A DNA stretch of 63,758 bases, counting the filler, from Aduncisulcus paluster (Eukaryota): the NCBI GenBank assembly GCA_024181965.1. It is 5 parts of 5 records of this genome, joined end to end, with 100 filler letters (N's around TTAATTAATTAA, not from the genome) between each part and the next. Parts side by side here need not be neighbours in the genome. Positions count along the whole stretch, not along the records: positions 1 to 19,760 come from BQXS01009968.1; positions 19,861 to 30,239 come from BQXS01009969.1; 3 more parts are not named here. One strand, written 5' to 3'. The notes beneath the pieces are model-generated. The model saw only the letters and a list, made by a program, of their open reading frames with translations, did not search any database and was not told where the DNA came from. Of this stretch, positions 10,701-19,876 are shown one piece after another. Position 1 is the first letter of the stretch; every line of letters starts with the position of its first letter. The translations under genes were made by a program, and so were the position numbers.

Positions 10701-12806
10701 ATGGTCACCATAATATCGGATGTTATAAGTTTAACTAAGGATGAGACTGATTTATTCTCCTTTTTAATCCAAGTTCTGAGACATTATAAATTGACCACAG
10801 TTTTACGTGTTGCTGGTGGTTGGGTTAGGGATAAAATAATGAAAAAACCAAGTAAGGATATAGACATTGCTATTGATAATATGATGGGACAGGAATTTGC
10901 TGAATATTGTAATCGTTACATGTCTGAAGTCCAACATTTAGAACCCTCTAAGATTGGTGTGATAGCTGCAAATCCTGATCAATCGAAGCATCTTGAAACA
11001 GCGTGTATTGTAATACATGGCAAAGAACTTGATTTAGTCAACCTTAGATGTGAAACTTATGCTAAAGACTCAAGAATACCCACAATCTCCATTGGCACCC
11101 CTTCTGAAGATGCTTTTAGAAGAGATCTTACCATCAATGCATTGTTTTATAATATTAATGACAATACCATTGAAGATTACTGTGATTGTGGCCTTGCTGA
11201 TATAAGAGATAAGATTATTCGAACTCCTCTAGATCCACGAGAAACCTTCCTTGATGATCCCCTCAGAGTCCTTAGAGCAATTAGATTTACGACTAGATTC
11301 GGTTTTAAGATGGATTTAGACCTCGTTTCAGCGATTAAGTCAAAAGAAGTCAAGCACCGATTGACAACTCTTATTTCGAGAGAAAGAGTATATAAAGAGT
11401 TAACGGGGGCTCTTTTGGGACCAAATCCCATTAGAACGGTGGAATTAATTCTTGATTTGGATTTATTCGATACTGTCTTCCTCCAGGGGATTCCAGAACC
11501 TATTTTTGAGAAGCAAGAGGATAAATTAGAATTTGATTCGCATAGAGAAGCTGATTATGAGAAATTACTGGTTGAATTTGAAAGGATGAGGAAAGAATCA
11601 AAGAGAAAACGGAAGAAGAATGAAAAACCTCCTCCAAGACCCTCTTACATTGATTATTCTTTCTCAAAATATAAATATAGACATGAAATTTCTAAAATTG
11701 GCTTTGAATCTTTCCAATACATTATTAAAATATTATACATTTGTCAAATTATTGCCGATTGTGATCCTCATCAACTTGAAGAAGTTTTAGAGTCGAATCA
11801 TATTTCTTTTTCTCTTTTGAACGATTGTTTTGGTCCAGGTAATCCCATTGATAATGTTAATTTGGTTTTTAACCTTATCAGATATGTTAAACTGCTCTCT
11901 TTTTCCAAGGATGAAGAGAAAGAAGGAGATGACGAGGAAGAAAGTAGAGAGAAAGGAGACAAAGAATTGCGGGATAAGAAGCTTGATGAATCCCCTTCTC
12001 CAATTGTCTCTCGCTCTTCTCTCTCTCCTCTTAATTTCTCAGATCCTCTATTTTTATCAATCATTTTCTCATCTTTGGTTTCTGGAATTTCTCAGTGTCA
12101 ATGTGTTTTTTCTAAAAATAGTCGTGAGAAACGAGAACCTGCTTCATACGTTGTGATACGACAAGGTCTCAAGGCTCCAAATTATGTCTGTCATCACACT
12201 CAGAATATCATCGAATCTGGTATGATTATCCTTGATCATTGCCAGAAACACAATTCAACAGAAGATGGTGAATCATTTTTTGAGAAATTCATATCTATAA
12301 TTAGATCATGTGAGGATGAGAAAGAGTTTTTGGCCGTGTTTCTTGTTGCACAGGCTTTGTGGATAGCCCGAACGCATGATGATGCTAAAGATGCTATAGA
12401 TAAAGATGTGGATGAAAAACACGAAGGTACCTTTTCTCCTATGAATTTATTTTATAAATACATGTTCCTTGTATTGCCGCTATATCCTGCTTCCTCTCCT
12501 GGTCGTCAATGGCCTTCTCTCGAACATTTGAGCATTATTCGCTCCATGAAACCCTTACTTCCATTAAAAGATGTTGCAATCAAAATCGGTATTGACGTTT
12601 CCAATAAGAAATCTCTTAAATTACTATCACCTATTGGTCGCGTTCTAATAATAGAACAGTGTAAGATCTTATCCAAGTCTCTCTCAAAAGGTGAGTGCAC
12701 AATTTCACAAATGACAGAGTGGATCGACAAAGATGTCAACAAAGATAATATTAGGCAAATTATCCTTCATGATCACCCAGAATCTACAGATTTCTTTAAG
12801 ATTTAA
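10701..12806 (+). CDS. CCA1: Class II tRNA nucleotidyltransferase (CCA-adding enzyme)
   Basis: LRVAGGWVRDK, DIDIA, LDLVNLRCETY..DSRIP, EDAFRRDLTINALFYN, DDPLRVLRAIRF, ISRERV. Confidence 0.95.
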   Translation: MVTIISDVISLTKDETDLFSFLIQVLRHYKLTTVLRVAGGWVRDKIMKKPSKDIDIAIDNMMGQEFAEYCNRYMSEVQHLEPSKIGVIAANPDQSKHLETACIVIHGKELDLVNLRCETYAKDSRIPTISIGTPSEDAFRRDLTINALFYNINDNTIEDYCDCGLADIRDKIIRTPLDPRETFLDDPLRVLRAIRFTTRFGFKMDLDLVSAIKSKEVKHRLTTLISRERVYKELTGALLGPNPIRTVELILDLDLFDTVFLQGIPEPIFEKQEDKLEFDSHREADYEKLLVEFERMRKESKRKRKKNEKPPPRPSYIDYSFSKYKYRHEISKIGFESFQYIIKILYICQIIADCDPHQLEEVLESNHISFSLLNDCFGPGNPIDNVNLVFNLIRYVKLLSFSKDEEKEGDDEEESREKGDKELRDKKLDESPSPIVSRSSLSPLNFSDPLFLSIIFSSLVSGISQCQCVFSKNSREKREPASYVVIRQGLKAPNYVCHHTQNIIESGMIILDHCQKHNSTEDGESFFEKFISIIRSCEDEKEFLAVFLVAQALWIARTHDDAKDAIDKDVDEKHEGTFSPMNLFYKYMFLVLPLYPASSPGRQWPSLEHLSIIRSMKPLLPLKDVAIKIGIDVSNKKSLKLLSPIGRVLIIEQCKILSKSLSKGECTISQMTEWIDKDVNKDNIRQIILHDHPESTDFFKI

Positions 12807-13309
12807 ACTGAAGTTCAGAAGGAAGGGGAGATAATCAATAAATAGTAATGGTCCGAGTCACTCGGACCTAAGTCACATAGGTGTCACGGTGACACAAGAG
12901 TCTTGGTGCTGCCAGCTTCATCTTTGATCTAATCGTGTATCTATATATTCCATCATAATATAATTCTCAAATAATTTTAAATTTTAGCATTTTATTGTTT
13001 CTGAATTAAATACAGAAGCTTTGAATTGAGAGTAAAAGGGAAAACCTTGTGTGTTCTCCTCTACGCTTCAACGACAAATAAAAATCAAATTTCAAATAAT
13101 AAAAAAAAGTATTTAAAACAATTAAATTTGAATTACTCCCTTCATACCAAATTGGTGACAGTTTGAAAAGAATTCCTCACCGACACTTCATTCATCGTGT
13201 CTTGTCTACACTACTCGAGTTTTTCTCTACCTCTACATCTATTTCAAACATTTATTATGTATATTTTCCAATTTTCACCTTCAGATCCGGATAATCCCGA
13301 TCTTTCTGA

Positions 13310-14581
13310 TTGGAAAAAGTTCTCGTGAGGAAATACTCTCCATTGCATTCTACAAGCCCTGAAAGCAAATCTTGTAGCTTTTGTAAAGGATTGATCTTTG
13401 ATGAAATGTACCAGGTGATCTGTTCAAATGATTCACGTGTTGTTTTCAATTTTCATCCTTGTTGTGCTTCATTTATTTCTCTACAAAGACAATCGTGCCC
13501 TGTTTGTTCTCACCACTTGCAACCCTTCCATTTGAGGGATGGAATAGATAAAAGTGAAGAGAAATCATGTACATTCAAGCGTATCAAAACTGGTCTTGGT
13601 GCTAAAGGTTGTTCTGAGTGTTTTTTCTGCCATTCTAAACCAATTTTGGCAGATTTATTAAAACATATTGCTTCTGAACATCTCGGTAAATTTAAATCGA
13701 ACAAGGATTTTGATTCCAAGAAGTTCCCTCTTTTCTTATCCCTTGAAGAGGTCGTTTCCCTGCTACAACAGCAAATGAAGAACCATCCATTCCCTTCTGA
13801 ACGGTTTTCTATTGTCACTGATCAGGGAAGAGCAGTTCCTGGACCATGGGCTGCGTTTTTGCGTTGTTTGACTGTATATCGCCTTGTTAAGATTAGAACA
13901 AACAATAACATTGCCACATTAACTGAAAAAATGGGACATAAATCTGGTATTGGTCCCTTTATTCCATTTAATTCTGTTGGTATGATGACTCTCTCAAAAC
14001 ATCTTATTTTGCCCGTGTTCCTTCCTGTTTTGTCCCGGGGACCAACAAAAGAGGAGATAATAGCTAATTTGAGCGATGCGTTCACCGTCCAGATGTCTGA
14101 TCCAAGCACAATCAATCCGATGTCCTCCTTATCTGCTTCTGTTTATTTACAAGCACTTTCCTTGGATTCTCGCGCTGGTATGAATGATTCGATTGTGTCT
14201 TGCTGTGGTGGTGATGTCAAACTATCCCGTGCTGGCATTTCTCCACTTAAGGAAGGAGATAAGGTTTCTAATCTGTGGAGCTATCCTCTCATCCAGAAAC
14301 ATGCCTCCAAACGGGGCAGGGTGAGATCTTTGGTTCTTGGTTCTGAGAATTGTCTTGATATTGGAACTGTGGTAGGAATCTCTCGAGCTGGGTTGGAAGT
14401 CCTTGTTCAATTCCAGGATGGAGAGGTTGACGCATTCAATCCTGCCCATTTATGTGTTGTTTCAACAAAAACTGTTAATTCTATCGGCAAGAAATACAAA
14501 TCTATTTTTGGAACAGTTCCTATTGTGTCTTCCCCATCCACAGGTTCTTTGAAGTCCTCTAAATCGTCGAAGAAGTCGAAG
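13310..14581 (+). CDS. Zinc-finger (RING/PHD-like) protein with a possible Mind-bomb-type SH3-like repeat; 5' end uncertain, 3'-truncated at a gap
   Basis: CSFC..C..HPCC..CPVC; CFFC..LLKHIASEH; LKEGDKV..GTVVGISRAGLEVLVQF..FNPAHL. No in-frame ATG before the first CxxC. Confidence 0.6.
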
Positions 14582-14601
14582 NNNNNNNNNNNNNNNNNNN
14601 N

Positions 14602-15502
14602 CCATAATCTCGTATGCATCACCAGTCTCAATGCCTCTAAACAAAGATCCTCGACCTACAAGGAAGCAGAGCAAAATTACACCAACACACCACACATCTA
14701 TCTTTGTATCTTGAATACGAACAGGAATAAGCACCTCGGGGGCCCTATAACCATGGGTACCACTCCTTGGTTGGGCTGGAAGTAAGGGGGATCGAAGAGA
14801 CAAGGTGCTGACAATATCTGGAACACCACAGGCCTCAACAGGGATCTCTCGAGGACGAACACGGGATGGATTGGGCTGTGATAGACGTGAGGGGCGACCA
14901 TCACCGCGTTTCATGTATGCTGGGCCGGGCTTTTCACTTCGAACACGTATGAGGTGGAAATTACGAGCGTCTTCAAGAGATTGGGCAAGGCCGAAGTCAA
15001 TCAATAAACCCTGACAAGAAGATCGCGAAAAAAGGAAGTTACCAGGTTTTACATCACGATGGATAATCCCTTGTTTCTCACATTGATGGAGGGCGACTAA
15101 CAAAGATTGAATATAATTATATATATCTCTTGGGGTATATAATCTTAAACATGCTTTGAAATCGTCACTATCACAATAAGAAGTCACGACAGTGGTTTGA
15201 TATGATGAAAGATCAATGATAATATCTTTCAATTGGACAATATTTTCCATATCAATAAATTTATACAATAGACGAATTTCTCTTTCAATGGATGTGGGTT
15301 TGGAAGTGAGTCTAAGTCGTTTTATGGCGACTTTTTCTCCAGTTGGAGTATATGCCAAATAAACACGACTAAAAGCACCTTTACCAATTTGTTGAATTAT
15401 GTGATACTCATATGGATCTATTTCTGGAAAAACTCGAGTGGCTGTATCAAATCCTCTCTGGCGTTTCTTTGATTCTTCTTTGGGGCCATGAGACTTCTTC
15501 AT
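14602..15502 (-). CDS. CDC7: Cdc7-like kinase paralog B, N-terminal part
   Basis: Same motif set as 8975-10204 with a diverged N-lobe; truncated at the gap. Confidence 0.8.
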
Positions 15503-16021
15503 TTAATTAACAAGTAAATCTAAGGTCTGTATATACTATAATTTGGTAAAATTGAAGTATAAGGAATATTTTTTCGTCCAATGAGTCCAAAGCCATTTGA
15601 AATGTAACAGTTTTTGCCCTGGGAGTTAAATCTAATATATTTACTACAAAACTTGTTTTATAATGATTAAAACGATTAAAAATCATTTTCAAATTTTATT
15701 CTACAAAATACCAAGGGTGATATGATTTTTTTTTTCCGATAACGCTTGATAAAGCTCGTAAAATACAAAAATTAGCTATATTTCGATAATTTAAGACATT
15801 TATTATAACATATGATCTGTCATTTCGATTTATGGGTAATGATTTAAAAAATGTAATCAAAACTTAGCCTAAGAGGAAAATGATAATCTATATGGAAAAT
15901 GTCCATGATATGACGATTAACAGCTGTGAACACCGACTAACAGTTTGTTATTATATTGAACGCGAACTTAGCAAAATCTTTCTCACACGAGAATATAATA
16001 CGAATTTATTATTTATTATGC

Positions 16022-17551
16022 CTAATCCTCAGCTCCCATAACTGTGTAGACTGCGTCTCCAAGTCTAATACACCAGCACTTCCCATCATCATTGGCTATG
16101 CAAAGAGAGAAAGGATCTGTCTCACTCCACGCGAGAGAAGTGACCCCCTTTACGATATATGATGATAATAAGATGGCTTTCTTCGTGATTGGACAGCAAC
16201 AGCATCCAGCCATTGTTGATCTATGAGATAATGATAAAGGAGTCGTGTATTTGGCACTTGAAGGCGTCATCAAAGAAGGGGTTATCACAGAAGCAGAGCT
16301 AAAAGTCCCTGTGCTTGAAATGGAAGAAGGAGAGATAGGGGTTGAAGAGGTTCCGTAAGCATGAGTAGAAGGCATGGCAGAGGATGAACCAGAAATCAAT
16401 GAGCCGAGGCCATGAGTACAAGTTATTCCATCACATTTGCTGCGAATAAGGTCTCGATCATGGGCAGTAATCGAAGGTAACAGCAGAACATGAACATTAT
16501 CGGTGAAACTCAGAGCAACCATACTATATAGAGTGGAGAAAGCAATGGCGGAGAAAGGTCTGGCGGAGAAAATAGGCAATGAAAACCGGACGACTCCTCT
16601 TGGATTCATTTCTGTGGAGGAGGACAGAGTTTTTGTCGATGGTTTGGCGACTTCTTTCCCTTTTCCTGATGAAGAGAGAGGTGGCTTCGATGTAGCTCCC
16701 TCAATCGATGGTGAGGCAGGGGAAAGAGTGAGATCTGTTCCTAAGGTCATGTCTCCATCGAGAAGAATACGAACAATCTCGCCTCCACTCATAGCCATAA
16801 ATAGATCGCTATCATAGGGCATCATTTGGGCATACCGGCATTCTTTACACGCTTGATATGCTGGAGATCTCAATAATAGTGGAGATACTCCATCATATGG
16901 CAGAGGAAGGGAATATAAATACCCATTTGTAGAGTACAAGAGAAGAACGGAATCATTCGCACATCTAGGATGAATAAGAGTAGAAAACCAGTCTATTGTC
17001 CCTGGTGCATCAATGAAAAAGTGGCTTGGTCTGTCTTTCCTAATATTTTTGCTGGTATCTACTGAGAATAAGATTAGTCTGGATTGTGCCATTAAAGCAA
17101 TTGTGGATGGAGAATAGAATTGTAATTGTGTCGGTAAATCTTGAAATGAGCACGAAGAACGCTCGTTCCAAAGCTCATAAAGTGATAATGAGGATAAATC
17201 TTCAGATATGTCAACAAAATATAATGTTCTTTCGGATACAGAATGAGCAAATAAAAGAGCATTTGACCCATAGGGGCATAGAATTATTGCTCCTTGGCGT
17301 TTATCTATCTCTAGACTAGTGGATATTGACACTGTATGCCCATTATCCTTCGAAATTAAGAGATATATTTTCGAATTTTCTGCGATGGCATTTGTTCCAG
17401 CAAGAAAAATCGTTGGTTTTGGAACAACTGTCTTTTTAATGGCTGTAACGGTAGAAATAGTAAATGCACAGTTCTGTTCGTGGAACTCAGATTCTTTTGA
17501 GTTCAAAAATATCGTTTTATACGCTTTGTCTTTTGAAATGCTTGATGTCAT
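16022..17551 (-). CDS. Hypothetical protein, possibly a beta-propeller
   Basis: 509-aa ATG ORF. C-terminal GVTSLAWSETDPFSLCIANDDGKCWCI resembles a WD40 blade. Confidence 0.7.
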   Translation of the reverse strand: MTSSISKDKAYKTIFLNSKESEFHEQNCAFTISTVTAIKKTVVPKPTIFLAGTNAIAENSKIYLLISKDNGHTVSISTSLEIDKRQGAIILCPYGSNALLFAHSVSERTLYFVDISEDLSSLSLYELWNERSSCSFQDLPTQLQFYSPSTIALMAQSRLILFSVDTSKNIRKDRPSHFFIDAPGTIDWFSTLIHPRCANDSVLLLYSTNGYLYSLPLPYDGVSPLLLRSPAYQACKECRYAQMMPYDSDLFMAMSGGEIVRILLDGDMTLGTDLTLSPASPSIEGATSKPPLSSSGKGKEVAKPSTKTLSSSTEMNPRGVVRFSLPIFSARPFSAIAFSTLYSMVALSFTDNVHVLLLPSITAHDRDLIRSKCDGITCTHGLGSLISGSSSAMPSTHAYGTSSTPISPSSISSTGTFSSASVITPSLMTPSSAKYTTPLSLSHRSTMAGCCCCPITKKAILLSSYIVKGVTSLAWSETDPFSLCIANDDGKCWCIRLGDAVYTVMGAED

Positions 17552-17734
17552 TTTGTAGTGTCAATCATAAAGACATTCTTTTTCGATTTTTTTCTCTCGT
17601 CGATTCCTTGAATATACATTGGTTATTTCACAATCAATATTTAAAATATACAATTGTATAAAAATTTAGTATGCAAATATCTCCGAAAATCCCATAATTT
17701 TAGTGGAAATTTTGTCAGCAAGTTTTCTTCCGAA

Positions 17735-19760
17735 ATGAAACATTTAAAATCATTAGATCTCAAAAATTTAAAAGAACTAGATCTTTCAAGGAAAAAGATT
17801 AGGGGGAAGGATTGCTCTGATCTTAGTACGAGTTTATCCCAAATGGTATCACTAAAACGACTGAATCTGGAGGATAATTATATTGATACTGCTGGAATTG
17901 AGGATATTTTATCGGGTTTAACGCATTGTAAATCATTAGAAAGATTGATACTGGATGGAAACGCGATAAAGGCCTTAGATTGTAGTCTTTTACGAGACAC
18001 CAGAATTAGAAGGCTATTTCTTGATGGTAACAAACTTGAAGATGTTTCTGGCATTGAAACATTAAAGCATTTGAAAGCTATTTTTATCTCAAACAATAGA
18101 TTGTCCAGATTTTATTTACAATCGTCATCGAGTGTAATAAGTAAGATAGAATTCATTGACCTTTCATTTAACTCCATTTCGTCAATCAAACTTCCACGTT
18201 TACCCAATCTTAAAGTCCTCAACTTATCTAACAACAAATTGACATCTTTTCCCTCTGTTGAAGGTTCATCCATTCTTGAGGTTCTTGATTTGTCAAATAA
18301 TTCAATCTCAAGGATTGATAATCTGGGACTTTCTCTTCCCCCACGTCTTAAAAAGCTATTTATTGCTGGGAATCCTGATTGTCACATTCCAAAACTAATT
18401 CGTTCCATTTCTTTCCTCACAGATCTTGAGAAACTTGATGTCCGCCACACTTTTGTTGATGACGAGGCCAATGCAGGTGCCGATGGGTCTATATCTGATG
18501 CCGATAAACCTGTTATTTCACCTATTGAAGCTGAGTACGATTACGTTCACTCTCTTGTTGCCCTCTCCATGTTTCCACACCTTACCCACATTAATGGTGT
18601 TATGGCAGAGTTTCTTCGTGGTGCTGTGGATGAGTTTGTCCTGTGTCCTGACGATGCATCGGAATCACTGAGGTTGTCCAGGGAGAAAGAGCGACAGAAG
18701 TTCCTATTCGGTGATATCTCAGACATTGAGAGTGTATTTGCCTCGATTATTGCCCGTATTCATGGAGAATCTTCTGAATCAAAAGGTCATGGCGATGCTG
18801 GTAAAGATAGCCTGAGTGACCATGCACACGAAGAGTATGACGATGAGGATGAATATCAATATAACAATGAATCTATCTCAGATAAAGCTCGGAGTTATGA
18901 TTATAGTCATTCTATGAGTCCTGTTCACGATGGTGGAAAGGACCTCATTGATATTGAGCAACAACCAAGAAGGGAAGAGAAAGAGAAAGAGAAAGAGAAA
19001 GGAAGACGGGAGAATAGTTCGAGGTCTTCAAAGAATTCGCAGGGAGGAAGGAGAAAAGATCATGTTACATCTCCGATTTTCCCACACCGGTCTGGAGTTG
19101 AGAGTCACCCGGATATGAGTGTTTCTCAGACTTTATCGAGTAGAATTCATAACATTGAGGAACTATTGGGGCCTATTGACATTGAACATAAATTTGATAC
19201 CCATGAATCGATGCTTTCTGATCTCTCTTCTTCGCTTGAGACCATTAAGTCTTCCATTGCTACTTTGGATGCTTCTGTTGATTGTATAAAAATGTCGCTA
19301 CCAGACGGACTTGAACCCACGCTCCAAGAACACGCTGGAGAGATTGTTTGTCTCCGAGAGTGCATTGAACATGTCTGGAGACGCGTCGAGCAACGATGGG
19401 CACAAATTGGAGAAGAGTCTGGAGCTAATGAAAAGGTATGTGTTCAAATTAAGGAACTTCCTCCAAGTCTGCTTGTGTCTTCTATGATGGAAGAGAAAGA
19501 GGAGAAGAGAAAGAGAAGAGAGGAAGAGGAAGAAGAGGAAGGAGAAGAGAAGAAGGGAGAAAATGAGAAGAGGTTAGGGTCTTATGATGTGAGACTATCC
19601 TCTCTTGAAAAATCTCTTCAAGATATTCTTAAACAATTTGCTGATCGTAAGATTGGAGAACGTGAGAGAGTTGAAGCTGAGGATCAAAGAGCCGCCAGTG
19701 AAGTCCAGCGAAGGATACGTGATAAGGAAATCGATGAGGAGAGGAAACTATTGTTTGGAG
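17735..19760 (+). CDS. Leucine-rich repeat protein with coiled-coil C-terminus, 3'-truncated
   Basis: Repeated LxxLxLxxNxI/L motifs (LKRLNLEDNYI, LERLILDGNAI, LKVLNLSNNKL, LEVLDLSNNSI); first ATG at 17735. Confidence 0.88.
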
Positions 19761-19860
19761 NNNNNNNNNNNNNNNNNNNNNNNNNNNNNNNNNNNNNNNN
19801 NNNNTTAATTAATTAANNNNNNNNNNNNNNNNNNNNNNNNNNNNNNNNNNNNNNNNNNNN
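19761..19860. other. Artificial scaffold linker (N-TTAATTAATTAA-N)
   Basis: Six-frame stop 12-mer embedded in Ns. Confidence 0.97.
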
Positions 19861-19876
19861 TACTTCTGCCAAATTA

